This document shows positions 39,354 through 54,330 of a stretch of 64,000 nt of DNA, one piece after another. How positions within the stretch are numbered: position 1 is the first letter of the stretch; the number at the start of each line of letters is the position of its first letter. The DNA lies in contig OZ199840.1 in assembly GCA_964304625.1 (NCBI GenBank), forward strand, positions 34,323-98,322, read 5' to 3'. The DNA is from Kudoa neothunni. Lineage: Eukaryota; Animalia; Cnidaria. A program made the translations under genes and the position numbers. The notes under the pieces are model-generated. The model saw only the letters and a program-made list of their open reading frames with translations. It did not search any database and was not told the origin of the DNA.

Positions 39354-41600
39354 TAAGGTTTAAGATCGGTTCGGTTTTTGTAAAAACCGAAATTTGAAAT
39401 TCTTGTTAAGTATTTATCATATTCTAAACAAAGAAAACTTTTTAATGTATTGAATGAGTATATAATTTTCGTGGAATTGCACGTGTTTTAACGGTGATAA
39501 AATTGGTAAAAAATGGTGAGCGCTATTTGGAATTTTTTTGTTAAACTAGCCGATGAGAAGGCAACATGCAAAAAGTGCAATGCTGTACTTGTTTGCAAAA
39601 AAGGCTCAACGAGCACACTTCGTTCGCATGCCAAGACGCATGTGATTGATTCAAAATCAAAGTTATTCAGCATTATTAATATTTTTAAATAAAAATTATA
39701 ATCGTTCAAACGCAACCTATAATTAACAATTTTGTCAACAAAGATCTCTGGGAGTCAAATCTTGACTCAGTTATCGCGAGACTGATTGCTGTCGACAATA
39801 TTCCAATTTGGAAAATTGCCAGCAGTGTAACTTTAAGAAAATTGCTCAAAAAGGCACATGAAAAAGAAGTTCCAGTGTCCTATGACGCAATTTTTAATTC
39901 AATGATCATTGTGGAAAACTCAATGACAATGAAAATTAAAAAAATCATTGCTGGGTCAAACTCAAGGCCTGTACTCTGTTGTGACGAGTGGACATCAAGG
40001 TCAAATAAACGTTTCCTTAATATCCAAGCCTATTTCGAGGGGAAAAAAATCTCTCTTGGTGTAGCAAGAGTGACAGAAAGATACACAGGCGTAGAATTGG
40101 CTTCATTAGTAAATAAACAACTCTGCAAATTTGGAGTTAATTTGTTATGTGCACTGATGGAGCTTCGAACATGGCAAAATGTACGTATGAGTTGGGGTTT
40201 CGGCGGATAAAATGCATGCTTCACGGCCTAAATTTGGGTAACCGTGTTGTCAAGTGACAATCCTAGAATAACTTAACTTATAGCTGTTAAAGACATAATG
40301 TACAAAGAAACCTATAGTTTTCAGATAGAAAATACGGGAATGATAACGGAAGAGCTGGAATCTGATGAATTAGAATTTGATGAGCAGGAGTTTGTTCTTA
40401 TGTCCAACTTTTTTGATGCTGTTTCTGGGGTCAGGTCAATTATCAATTTTTTTTCAAGATCTGGATTGGCTTCCGACACATTAAGGAAGTCGTGTGAGGA
40501 AAAAGGAATACAATATTTATCTCTAAACATTGATTGTGTCATAAATTGGTCCAGCTTATATCAAATGTTGATAAAGTTTGTTCAAATGTACCAGGCAATA
40601 GAGCATACTTATTCTATTCTGGAAAAGGAATTATCAGTAAATAAGGACGAAATAATTTTCATCAATGTAATTACTTAAATAATATTTTTATGAATGGTTT
40701 ACAATAAAGGAACTAACATCATCCCCTGAAATTGTACATCGAGTTGTTCTTAAATTGTCTGAGTCGGTTATTAATTTGACGCCATGTGATTTTATATTGA
40801 CAGGCGCAATAAATGAACTCACACATATTGAGGTATCAATTGCATCGAAATTAAAAGAAAGCGTCATCAAGCGCTGCAAAGAATGACGGACAATATTGTC
40901 GGACATTTTTTTGAATCCAAGTTTTGATTCAAAAATCTGTGACAAAAGCTTTTTCTACAAAAGAACGTCACGTTTTGAGATAGTGGAAGCGATAAACTTT
41001 GTTAAAACAGTTGATCAAATTGAAATTGTAGCCTCTGAGTCTAATTTGGACTTAGAAGACTTGATAATTTACGTTTCCGAGCCCACGCGCATAAAACTTA
41101 CCGACTCAAATGAAATCCTCAATTTTACATGTCATGGCGTGATGACAGATCGCTTAGAAAGAGTTCGAAAAGCCCTTTCTAACATGACCCAAAAGCATTG
41201 ATTCCGAAATATGTTTTTCCTTGTGTAATCACATCATAACCCCACTTAGAATAAGATTGAGCGATTCAAAACTCGACACTATCGTGTTTATTTATGAAGA
41301 TCGAAATAATTAATTTTTGTTTGATTCCAATGATATTTGTTGTGATGCATTATGTAGAATTCTAACATAAATAAACTATAACCACTTTTAAAAGGAAGGA
41401 TCTATCATATTTAAAGAATTAAATTTTTTAAAAAGAGAATACAAAATTAATTAAGCTGTAAGATAATTTTAAACCTTTTTTTAAAAGTATGTTTAAGAAT
41501 GAATAGTTTATATTTATATTTTTTATAACTCATTAAATATTTCTTCTAAATAATTTAAAAAAATAACAAAAAACCGAAAACCGAACCGAATTAAACCTTA
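39354..41600 (+). mobile_element. hAT transposon with BED finger, degraded transposase (~39513-41312)
   Basis: TIR TAAGGTTTAA..TCGGTTCGGTT / AACCGAACCGAATTAAACCTTA. 8-bp TSD GTTGTAAG (39350-39357, 41601-41608). BED finger IWNFF..ATCKKC..GSTSTLRSHAKTH, then CDEWTS, INWSS and a C-terminal SE.CFS..RIRLSD. Empty paralogous site at ~61213-61220. Confidence 0.9.
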
Positions 41601-42042
41601 GTTGTAAGCAGTGTGAGATATAAAAGGATTTTAAATGAATATATTATTAGTAGCATCAGATTTAACATAACGTGGATCGGTAGGATCACTTCATATTCGA
41701 TTTGTGCAGAGAACACCTTACCAAAGTTTAATATACTCAGTTTTCTACTTGAATCTAAGTATGCGCACAATTATAGTAACATTTTCGGAAAAGTTAATGT
41801 CAATCTTCAAAGGATGGTCCATAAATAGATCGCTCCCATATTTTTTGACCAAATTTTCGGTAAAAAATTGGCGACCTAAATGCGAGTATACACAATAAAT
41901 ATTAAATCATATTATTTGATTTAAACACTTAATAGTTTTAATTGTTGACAAATAAAAGCGTGGTTAAAAATATTGGAGCATAAATTAGATAATCGAAATT
42001 TCTCTAACTAGATAGTAGGGAGAAATTCGTAAATATGGACTT

Positions 42043-45000
42043 TTAATGTTTCTTCTTGAAAACCACGAAACCAATAGCACCCATAATCAAAGCTCCAATA
42101 GCCGCTACAACGATTACTCTAAAATGATGTCAGTTAAATTGTAGGAAAATAATAAAGTAATACATGACCATGGTTTTAGAACTAAATAAAAAATTTATTT
42201 ATTTATTTATTTTAAAAATATTAATTAATAAACCTTGAACTACTTTTGGCTCCTAAAAGTTACAATTTAAATTATTTTCGAAGTAATAATGCTTTACCTT
42301 GCTCAATCGTAGCCGTCCCATAAACTGTTTTATCGGTGGAACTATACACAGTCAAATGATAATTGTTTCCATCTGCTAATCCACTGATAGTGAATGATTT
42401 GCATGGGGGGAACCTTTTACATCCTTTGTCTCTTGGACTCATGCATTTTTTAATAATTGCTATCGATTTGGTACTCGCGTTACGTAATTCCCATTTACAT
42501 TTGGATTTATCATTAAGACTCGACGGAAGCGTGTTTTCTATAACAAATGATTCACCATCCCTTGTTATTGTTACATATATTATTTTGTCGTTTTCTGTGG
42601 GATTCCCCTTTGGAGCAGCTATTTATTTTAAATATAATAATAATATTGAAAATATTTTTACTAGCTACTAAAGTAATTTCATTTCGCTCTGATTTTCCCA
42701 CTGCAGTAATAGACACTTTATACTCTTCATTTGCATCATAGTCGTTGAATTTAATAGAACTGCACAATGGAAATGAGGAGCATGTGTTTGTATTGGTCGG
42801 GCTCACAGTTGTATCGACTGTCGTAGTTGGAGTGACATCTGTATCAGTTTCAGTTTCAGTAGGGGTATTAGATTCAGCTCTTGCAATTTTTAATTCATTA
42901 ATTTCTGATTTTAGACTTTGAATTTGACTAGTACCAGTTTGTTCTTGGTCGGTATTAGAACTGGATTCGGCTGGTGAGCTTGGTGGAGTATTTTGAGTTT
43001 CTGGTGCAGCTGCCGGTGTCTGTGATGCTTCGCAGACGTAAACATCTTCAAACCTTTCATCTATTTTTATTTGGATTGTATAATGGCAAATGGCTTCTGG
43101 GACTTTTTTGGACAATTGTGCATTTAATTCCAATCCTTGCTCAGTGTATTTTTGAGTTATTCTCAAGGTCGCCAGATCTAGATTGAGTTGAATAAGTTAA
43201 TATTTTGATATACATATATACTAGTTGTAACATTTTCATATATGTGTTCCTTGTAATCCTTATCAGCAATGACCTTAACGTCGTAAGAAGTATTTGGTTC
43301 AAGATCAACAATAGTTATTGATTCTCTACATCTTCCTCTACAGGGGTTAGTTTCAGTACATTTAGCGGTGTAAAATATATTTTTTCCAGTTGGACTTATG
43401 TAATACTCACAGTTTGGCTCATTTTTCGGATCGCTTTCGTTGTTACCTCCAATGGCTGTTAGTATAGTTGTTGATTCTGTTTTAGTAGGGGCGGTTGCTT
43501 GAAAATTTTTATTCACCTCATTATCTTGTAAATATTATTAGTTAAGTTAATATTAAATTTTTTGTTATTACTTGTTCTTATAAGTATTTTTTCTTTGAAG
43601 GAAGCTGGATCTGGTATGTCAGATTCAATTTCAATTATATATGGTTTCCCTGGTGATAGTTGTTCAATTACTAATTTTTCGCAACCAGTTTTGCATTCGG
43701 CGCTGCTGCCACTATCAGCCTTTTTAGTGGCCGCGTCACACGTAGTGGTTGATGCAGTGTGTTTAATTTTGTCAGCAGGATAATGTTTGAGTGTACAAGT
43801 AGAAAATTTGGTCCCAGAACCTTGTTTTAACAGTGTTCCGTCAAAAGATACACCTTGCTTGGTATAATCTGACAATAATACGTTTTCAGTCTCGGATATT
43901 GCTAAATAATTTATAAATTAACACCGAATTAAATAAATTACGAAATTTATTTTGAGAAAACCCATCTAATTCACTAATAGAAATTTTTGAAAGATCGTGA
44001 TTTCTGGTTTGAATTAGAACATTATATATTTCTTTTTCTGCAGTTAGAGTAAGCTCAACGTCTTTGCATGGTGCGTAACACTTTCCTGCAGTATTTCCAC
44101 ACTTTGATTCAAAGGCATCACCCGATGCTGCACTTTTAGCGTCCTTAATGCCAAAAACACAGATCTCAGACGATAACGTTAAATCTGTAAATTTAAGAAC
44201 AACTTGATTAGGAGCTCCTGTCTTTTTAGTCACATAATACTGAGGCTCGTAAATGGCCATATTATTCTTCATATATGCATTTGGCATATTATAGAAGAAG
44301 CTTGGATAATTCAGACACCTTATTTCATAATGAGGAATCAATAAGTCAAATTCAACATCATTAATTGTGTTGTCCGCGTCACATGTTGCTCCTGCGTTAC
44401 CCCCCTTGAATTGTGCATCTTTATAGTGAATAGGGCACGCAACCGGAGGGCAAGTTTTAGTTAAGAGTTTTAGTTTTTTGCTGTCATCAACAGATATTTT
44501 TGCTTGGGGATTTACCAACAACGCTAAATTTAATAATGATTTATCGAATAAAAATTATTTAAACTACGTATGGCCAAACCAAATACTTTTCCACCATTTG
44601 GATATGTCTCTGCTTTAGCAGTGGCCTCATCACCATTATCAAATACATACATGTATTTTGTTCTTGGGGAAATCTTATCGTATGGAACTTTGCTATCTTG
44701 TTTATTGCAAGCAATTACGCAATAATTGTTATTATTAGTGGTAATATATCCAGGGCAGCTCGTTATTTCTTCATATACAGCTGCCCTTGTTTGGCTACCA
44801 TCGTTTGCGGATGCGTTGGATATCAGTATACGACACTTTTTTCCATCGCCATAACTTGATCCGTCAAGTATATGTTTCACTTTATTAGATTTGCTCTCAT
44901 CATCGTACTCAATTTGGTATTTGAGTGTAGCTGTGGGAGTAGATGTAGCTGTAGATTTAGGCACTGTTGCATTTTTAATCATACAAAAGAATGCGATTTG

Positions 45001-45078
45001 CATGACTAATAAAAATTCATGATTGATAATAAAAAAATAGATACATAAGAGGCAAAGCAAAAATTTATCTTTAACCAT
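42043..45078 (-). CDS. Cys-rich FN3-like type I membrane protein family, copy 4 (apparently intact)
   Basis: ORF pieces 44530-45078, 43886-44521, 43513-43875, 43178-43516 and 42552-43166 join via the conserved introns. Ends GFVVFKKKH*. Confidence 0.9.
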
Positions 45079-47515
45079 TATAAAAGGTAAAGAAAAACAA
45101 CAAATTGAACTGAATAAATGAATACTATAATAAGCCGATACATGTATCGAATAAAAAGCCTATTGAAACGACTATATACTTAAAGTCTTAATTCTTATTT
45201 ACTATTAAATTAATAATTATGAATTTAATATAGTTATTAAAATGCTCAAAATTTCAACTTGAAACAATTATTTTATTATATAGCTCAAACAAATTCGATA
45301 GTACTTATTATATCTCGTTCACTTCGCCATAATAAAGGCAAGGAAAAAATTAATCGATTGGACCAACCATTAGTGGATTCACAAACGAGTTAAATAATGT
45401 TAAACTTCATGAACGATATTTACATTGACGTCATGTAAGGTCATCCTAGGTATAAATAATATGAATAATTGGTAAAAATATTTATTCGTATTCATTACGA
45501 ATAAATCAATCATCTAGATAGATACAAATGTTAGACGAGTTGTGTTACGTTTGTGTGTCAATATTGAGATCATTATAAATTTTGAAATTTTTTACTGTAA
45601 ACATTATTTTCATTAAATATATTTGTAACAACCTATAATTTTAAGTAATTATAGATCAATATGTTGCAACCTTAATTTCTAACCAACATACATACAAGAT
45701 AAAGTAATTAAGTCATATTTTTCCTTACTAGAATTATCTATAGTCCCCACTTTGGTTTTTGGGGATCACTTTTATAATATTTTGGTTAATTATATGCGTA
45801 AGTATTTAAAAAAAATTATATAGCCATAAATGGAAGAAATCCTATTTTTATAGAAATATCAAAGTATTGTCGTATGGTTGGAAAATAAAAATGAAGTTGT
45901 TTATCGGATCCTATTTAATCTTGCGATTTCCGACGTTATTATATGCACATGTAATAACTTCCATGATATTCTATCATAATTTTTCCTTTTATATTAATTC
46001 CATTTTTATAAATATAAATTGAATTTTACTTTAATTGAGATGGTTAACATTATTTCACAATCCGTTCATACATTGACCTAAATATTATGGTCTAATTTAT
46101 TTGTCACATCACATTCCAAGTATTGTTCCAATTATACTTTAAAGCTATTTAAAGTGTTACTATATCGAGCTCTTTTATATTCGAAAAATAATTATATTTT
46201 TTGAATATCCCATGAAAAGATCAATAAACTGGATGATCAAAATAATTTTAATCCAGTTAAGTATTAAAACATAATTTTCAAATTTATGCGTACAAAATAG
46301 CGTTTTCATTTCAAATTAAAATTGTTATTATCTAAAATATTGACCAGAAAAACGAAATACATTCCATATGTCAAATATTTCATTCATTAATTATATTACT
46401 CGAAATCATATCGCCCATTGTATTTCCAATCTAAAGAAGTATTAGGTGTAGACAACAATTAAAAAACAGTTCCTATGTAAAGCTAAAATGATTTATGATA
46501 TTTCTTATTAGATTACTGCGACTCCAACATTATTTCGAGATAATTATTACAATGTAATTTGTATCCAAGCGATACTACAGAACGTTAGCTTGAAATAATG
46601 ACAAAATATTGTTTTTTAGTATTGAAAATCAAAATCAAAATCCTCTTGAATATGTAATAAGTCATAAATATATATTAAACATGCATTTATCAATTAAAAA
46701 CTGTTTCATCAATGATCATTGTAAACTTATGAACCGTAAACAATCGCATATTATAGGTCGCATCCAAATTTTTGGCGTGTAAATTGGGGGTATTCACTAG
46801 ACCTACAGATCGGTCGCTCTGAAATTTTAGATGTTGAGCGCCATCCATAAAAATAAATGTTCTGTTGTATTTAGCTTCATTGAAAAAATCTTCTTGTAAA
46901 TATTGGAATGCTTTTAAGATAACTACGAATTATAAGACTATAAAACGTAATTAAAATAAAAGATTTTATTCCTTTATAATATGATCAGTTGTTATTAAAT
47001 GTCAGCAGAACTAGACCCTGAGAATTCATCATTATTATTATTATCACTTTTAGGATTCAGCAACAGTTGGTCGTTTGATATTACATTGCCATTAGTGACC
47101 ATATCACAATACATTCAAACCCGGATTATCCAGAAAATTTGAGGCCGGCGAGGTTCCAGATAACCGAACATAAACAATTTCGTTCTCGCGCGCATTTTTT
47201 AAATTTCTACTTAAAGGATTCTTTACTTGATTAATAATCAATTTTTTATTATTTACTAAGTAAAATACTTTAATTTTTTCTACTCTAATGTAAAATGTTG
47301 ACATATCTATTTATGAAGAATATGGAGACTTAAAGGAAAAATAGTACATAACAATGGCAGTTTTTACACGTCTACAGAGGAGTAACTTACTTTTTTAAAT
47401 AATAGATATTTAATTTTTGTTTATTATATCTAATGGCATGTGCTTAGATATAGCAAAAATTAATATAAGAATTTGATGCATAATTTAGGGTTTAAAAGAT
47501 AAATTTATTACTAAA

Positions 47516-48725
47516 CTAGCTGGAACTGCCCAGCGTTGCTTGGGGAAGATTTCACCTAGAGGCATTTTTTAATAGCATTCAAAAAATATATTGAAATCTC
47601 GAATTAACCCATAGAAACAAAATAACTAAAAATTTTTATGCAACTTACTATAACGATTTGGATTTTTCAATTTAAATTATGATAATTTCTGTGAAGGAAA
47701 GTATCAATCCCTGTGTCCATTTAAAAATTCCGTGACTCGGCCCCAACGCTAAACAAGTTAAGGTTAGCGTTGTATTTTTTTCATTCCTAATTATTTAAAT
47801 CCCGTTAAAGTGTTATCTAAAACGTTATTTTTTGGCCTGGAGGATTTTTAAAAGTCGAATTCTGATCCGGCTCGGTAACTGTGTGCACCACTAACTTTTT
47901 AAGAGATAAAAAAATAGAAAAATTAAAAGAGATAGAAGAAAACTTATGATAATTGGCCGATATTGCTAAAATTAGCATCGTTTAGCTCGGCATAAACCTA
48001 CATGCGCTTTAATCATAAACAACCACAAATCGCTTCGACTTCAACATAAACAATTTAAATAATTTGGTGAAATAAAAGTACAACCATCCGCATTGAATTT
48101 AATCTCGTAAACTAAAACTTAGCGGACGATCTAATGAAACCTGTGAACGCAGTATTTCTATATAACGCTTCAATCAATGTAACTTTAACGTTCTCCACGA
48201 ATTCGTTATTTATGAAACATATATAGATTTTTTACCACATTGAAAACCATTAATAGAACTTATAAAATATACTTATCAAGTCATATACGTTAAAACTCCG
48301 AAAATAAGGAGTGTGTTTAAACAGACACCCAAATAGAAACGCCAACCATATATATATATATATATATATATATAAAGATAGATAGATAGATAGATAGAAG
48401 CAATTAATGAACATATGATGGAGCATATAAAGGAGATCGTTAACTTCAACCGACCATAACCATGAAATAAGCAATTGCTAATTCTATAGTTGAACTCATT
48501 TAATCCGAAAAAACAAACTTTAAATCGACAAAATCACTATTTTATAAATACTTTTTGGAAACTTTCGTAGCCTGAAAACAATTAAACGATTTTTTTAAAT
48601 ATCGCAAATTTATAAAAATTTTATATATGGCTCTCTATAAGGAAAAAATTATCTGCACATGCGTACTTGGGGGCATGCACACACGAACAAACATACAGAC
48701 AGTCCGATTTTATATATATAAAAGA
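47516..48725 (-). mobile_element. Non-autonomous Helitron-like element
   Basis: On the minus strand it starts TCTTTTATATATATAAAATCGGACTGTCTGTATGTTTGT and ends with a GC hairpin (plus strand CCCAGC-GTT-GCTTGGG, 47529-47544) followed by CTAG|T. Internal (TA)n(GATA)n. Confidence 0.6.
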
Positions 48726-48972
48726 ATTTCTTAGATTGATTGTAATTTTTAGGACGAATTTTAGGATTTTGATATTTTATACCTTAGTGGTATTATAACC
48801 ATGTGGGGAAGAGAAATATTAATAAAAGACTAAAAATTTAATTATACTATATTATTAAAAAACAATAATAGTTATTTTAAAATAAAAAGGTTTTGAAAAT
48901 ATAACACTATTAGCTGTATAATCTAAATTTCTATGGTTAGATTTTAGGGTAATAATTCGTAAATATGAGCGT

Positions 48973-51900
48973 TTATTTTTTCTTCCTGAAAACCACGAAA
49001 CCAATAGCACCCATGATCATAGCTCCAATAGCGGCTACTGCAATGATTCTAAAACAATATCAGTTAAATTATAAAAACACAATAAATTAATACATGACCA
49101 TGGTTTTAGAACTAAATGTAAAATTTATTTATGTTAAAAATATTAATTAATAAACCTTGAACTGCTTTTTGCTCCTAAAAGTTACAATTTAAATTATTTT
49201 CGAAGTAACAATGTTTTACCTTGCTCAATAGTAGCGGTCCCATAAACTGTTTTATCGGTGGAACTGTACACAGTCAAATGATAATTGTTGCCATCTGCTA
49301 ATCCACTGATAGTGAATGATTTGCATGGGGGGAATCTTTTACATCCTTTATCCCTTGGACTCATGCATTTTTTAATAATTGCTATCGATTTGGTACTCGC
49401 GTTACGTAATTCCCATTTACATTTGGATTTTTCATTAAGACTAGATGGTAGGGTGTTTTCTATAACAAATGAATCACCATCCCTTGTTATTGTTACATAT
49501 ATTATTTTGTCGTTTTCTGTGGGATTCCCCTTTGGAGCAGCTATTTATTTTAAATATAATAATAATATTGAAAATATTTTTACTAGCTACTAAAGTAATT
49601 TCATTTCGCTCTGATTTTCCCACTGCAGTAATAGACACTTTATACTCTTCATTTGCATCATAGTCGTTGAATTTAATAGAACTGCACAATGGAAACGAAG
49701 AGCATGTGTTTGAATTGACCGGGCTCGCAGTTGTATCGACTGTCGTAGTTGGAGTGACATCTGTATCAGTTTCAATTTGGGTATTAGATTCAGATCTTGC
49801 AATTTTTAATCCATTAACTTCTGATTTTAGACTTTGAATTTGACTATTATCAGTTTGTCCTTGGTCGGTATTAGGACTGGATTCGGCTGGTGAGCTTGGT
49901 GGAGTATTTTGAGTTTCTGGTGCAGCTGCCGGTGCCTGTGATGCTTCGCAGACGTAAACATCTTCAAACCCGTCATCTTTTTTTATTTGGATAGTATAAT
50001 GGCAAATGGCTTCTGGGACTTTTTTGGACAATTGTGCATTCAATTCCAATCCTTGCTCAGTGTATTTTTGAGTTATTCTCAAGGTCGCCAGATCTAGATT
50101 GAGTTGAATAAGTTAATATTTTGATATACATATATACTAGTTGTAACATTTTCATATATGTGTTCCTTGTAATCCTTATCAGCAATGACCTTAACGTCGT
50201 AAGAAGTATTTGGTTCAAGATCAACAATAGTTATTGATTCTCTACATCTTCCTCTACAGGGGTTAGTTTCAGTACATTTAGCGGTGTAAAATGTATTTTT
50301 CCCAGTTGGACTTATGTAATACTCACAGTTTGGCTCATCTTTCTTATCAGTTCTTGCCGTATCTCCAATAGCTGTTAGTGTAGTTGTTGATTCTGTCTTA
50401 GTGGGCGCAGTTGCTTGGAAATTTTTATCATCCGTTTTATCTTTTAATGATTATTAGTTTTGTTGACTTTTAATTTCGAATTATTACTTGTCCATATCAA
50501 TATTTTTTCGTTTAACGAAGTTGGATTGCTGCCACCAGTTAATGCGATTTCAAGAATATAAGGTTTTCCTGCGGTTAACCCTTCAATTATTAATTTTTCG
50601 CAATCAGTTTTGCAATCATTAGTACTACCACCACTATTTTTAGTGGTCGCGTCACACATAGTGGTTGATGCAGTGTGTTTAATTTTGTCAGCAGAGTAGT
50701 GCTTGAGCGTACAAGTAGAAAATGTGGTCCCAGGCCCTTGTTTTAAAAATGTTCCGTCAAAAGATACACCTTGCTTGGTATACGCAGATAATAAACCAAC
50801 TCCAGTCTCAGTTATTGCTACAATTTTTGTAAAAGTTAATACTGACTAAAATAAAATACGAAATTTTTGTTGGAAAAATCCATTTGAATCGACTTGGTGG
50901 GTTTTGAAAGATCGTGATGTCTGGTTTGGATTAAGACGCTGTAAACATCTTTTGTTGCAGTCAGAGTAAGCTCAACATCTTTGCATGGTGCGTAACATTT
51001 TCCATCCTGATTTCCACAGTTTGATTCGAATTGTTTGCTATTTCCTGCAGATGTACCATCTTTAATACCAAAAACACAGATCTCAGATGATAAACGTTAA
51101 ATCTGTGAATTTAAGACCAACTTGATTAGGAGCTTCTGTCTTTTTAGTCACATAATACTGAGGCTCGTAAATGGCCATATTATTCTTCATATATGCATTT
51201 GGCATATTATAGAGAGAAGCTTGGATAATTCAGGACACCTATTTCATAATGAGGAATCAATAAGTCAAATTCAACATCATTAATTGTGTTGTCCGCGTCA
51301 CATGTTCCTACAGCGGTACCCGCGTTGAATTGTGCGTCTTTATAGTGAATAGGGCACGCAACTGGAGGACAAGTTTTAGTTAAGAGTTTTAGTTTTTTGC
51401 TCTCATCAACAGATATTTTTGTTTGGGATTTACCAGTAACGCTAAGTTGAATAAAATAAGCTATCAATTCAAATTTATCTAGATTACGTATGGTCAAACC
51501 AAATACTTTTCCACCTTTGGGATAAGTCGCAGCTTTGGCAGCACTCGTATCAGTACTATCGAATACATATATGGTATTTTGTTCTTGGAGAAAGTTTATC
51601 GTATGGAACTTTGCTATCTTGTTTATTGCAATCTATCACGTATTTGGTGTTACTCTCAGTATTATCGTGCCCTGGACAGTTTTCGATTTCTTCTAAGCCA
51701 GCTGCTGACGTCGAACCGAAACTGTTTGCTGCTGCATTGGATATCAATATACGACACTTTTTTCTCATCGCCATAACTTGATCCGTCAAGTATATGTTTT
51801 ACTTTATTTGAATTATTAGCATCACCGTATTCAATTTGGTATTTGAGTGTTGCTGTGGGAGTAGATGTAGCTGTAGATTTAGGCACTGTTGCATTTTTAA

Positions 51901-52000
51901 TCATACAAAAGAATGCGATTTGCATGACTAATAAAAATTCATGATTGATAATAAAAAAATAGATACATAAGAGGCAAAGCAAAAATTTATCTTTAACCAT
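48973..52000 (-). pseudogene. Cys-rich FN3-like type I membrane protein family, copy 5 (several single-base frameshifts in exons 2-3)
   Basis: Leader identical to copy 4. Frame breaks near 51760, 51572, 51215-51235 and 51093. Ends FVVFRKKK*. Confidence 0.8.
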
Positions 52001-52786
52001 TATAAAAGGTAAAGAAAAACAACAAATTGAACTGAATAAATGAATACTATAATAAGCCGATACATGTATCGAATAAAAAGCCTATTGAAACGACTATATA
52101 CTTAAAGTCTTAATTCTTATTTACTATTAAATTAATAATTATCGAATTTATTATAGTTATTAAAATGCTAAAAATTTCAAATTGAAACAATTATTTTATT
52201 ATATAGCTCAAATAAATTCGATAATACTTATTATATCTCGTTCACTCCGCCATAATAAATCCAAGGAAAAAATTAATCGATTGGACCAACTCTTACTGGA
52301 TTAAAAAATGAGTTAAATAATGTTAAACTTCATGAACTATATTTACATTGACGTCATGTAAGGTCATCCTAGGTATAAATAATATGAATAATTGGTAAAA
52401 ATATTTATTCGTATTCATTACGAATAAATCAATCATCTAGATAGATACAAATGTTAGACGAGTTGTGTTACGTTTGTGTGTCAATATTGAGATCATTATA
52501 AATTTTGAAATTTTTTACTGTAAACATTATTTTCATTAAATATATTTGTAAAAACCTATAATTTTAAGTAATTATAGATCAATATGTTGCAATCTTAATT
52601 TCTAACCAACATACATACAAGATAAAGTAATTAAGTCATATTTTTCCTTACCAGAATTATCTATAGTCCCCCACTTGGTTTTTGGGGATCTCTTTTATAA
52701 TATTTTGGTTAATTATATCCATAAGCATTTTGAAAAAAAATTATATAGCCAGAAATGGAAGAAATCCAATTTTTATAGAAATCGAA

Positions 52787-54330
52787 TGGAGAAAGATTCC
52801 ACGCGCGTGCGCGAATGCAAAAAATACGTCAACCGTAATTTTATTTTAATTTCCAATCATACGTTTTAGATATAGCTTCTACATAAAATGTACCATAATA
52901 GGAACTATAATTCGAGCTTATCTCCTTCAATTTTTCAATTTTTATTTCCGTCTTTTTGTTCTGATTTGTTGTATTTGGATTACATAGCTGATTCATAATT
53001 TCCTGTTCAATCGAACTTTGTTGCTCTTTTAGATTTGTGATGAATGTGACTAATCCTGAATGTGATTGTTCAAAGCGGGAATAAAAGTGGCGATTGAATA
53101 TTTCTGCGTTGTTAGATGTTAGCTTTACATTGTTCAGCACTCTTTGGTACGCATTCCATGATTCAATGGGATACTTTTTGCTTCTAATAAAGTTTTTTTC
53201 AAAGTATATTAAGAATAATTGAAGATTAGGAATCTGAAATTTTTCAGCAGAAATACACAATTTTTTTAATTCAGCTTCAACAAAATCTTTAGGAACAAAT
53301 GCGGGTGACATAACGCAATTAATGAAAACTTTAAAATCTAGGTCATTTTGGTATTCCTCGGAAAGTCCAAGTGATTAAATGTTTCGGTAATTACATTGTC
53401 CGAAATGAAACAAACAAAATTGTACATCATGTTTTGATGCTTTTTCAAAAGCATTATATGCTGCTACTTCAAAGTCAATAATTATTGATTTCGGTAACTC
53501 CATATTACCCTTTTCCTTGATTATTTCAATAATCTTCGTGTAATTTTTCTCAGACTTGTCCGACATTAAAACAAAAGCTAGTGGAAAAACCCTGTTGAAT
53601 ACATTACCGTGAATAGCATATAACTGAAAAAAATCCTTCGGCGCAACGTTAAAGTTCCATCCGCAATCAAAAAATCTGAATTTTTCAGATGTAAAAGGTT
53701 TTTCTCTTTAGAAAACATGATTATTCTGTTTTCGTCATCAGAACCTGAATTGAACAAACAAAAGGATTCATCTCTCAGAGTCTTAATTTCATTACAAACA
53801 CTTGTCGCTGAATCAATTTGAATATTGTTTCTTTTATTAAAATTTCTTATGTTTTTGTATACAAAAGATTTAGGAATAATCGGAAATTCATTAATGTTTT
53901 CTTCGCTGGTTGCAATACTATACACTTTGTTTGTAGGATGTAAAGTAGTTTCTGCTAAGAGTTTTATTTTATTGTGGAATATTTTTTTATTTTTGTCCTC
54001 CTCCGATACGGAGCGTGATTGTGAAATCCAATTTTTTCAATGTTTTCCGTATCATCAAGAGTTGTTATTCTTAATCTTCCTCTACACTGTCTAACTTGAC
54101 ACCTCCAATATTGAATTTCATTTTTTTGCGAATCTTGACGTAAAAACTAATCTTCATAAAGCATCGTGTCGGTATTTTTGTTAGTCTTAAGTATAATAAT
54201 ATCTTTATTTGGATTTCCACTCACCCTGGGTCCTTTAGCCACTCTTGTGCAGTTAATATGCGTTAAAAATGGGGTTTTATCCATGTTTGCACGTGCGCGA
54301 GCAATCTTTCTCCACCGGCAAAATTTCTCC
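52787..54330 (-). mobile_element. FLYWCH-type MULE (Mutator-like) transposon, near-complete transposase with a few lesions
   Basis: YWRCQVRQCRGRL...HNH (FLYWCH), LIADGT, IIIDFEVAAYNAF, FCLFHFGQC and TSNNAEIFN. Inverted ends TGGAGAAAGATT / AATCTTTCTCCA. Absent from the paralogous copy 4 flank. Confidence 0.85.
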
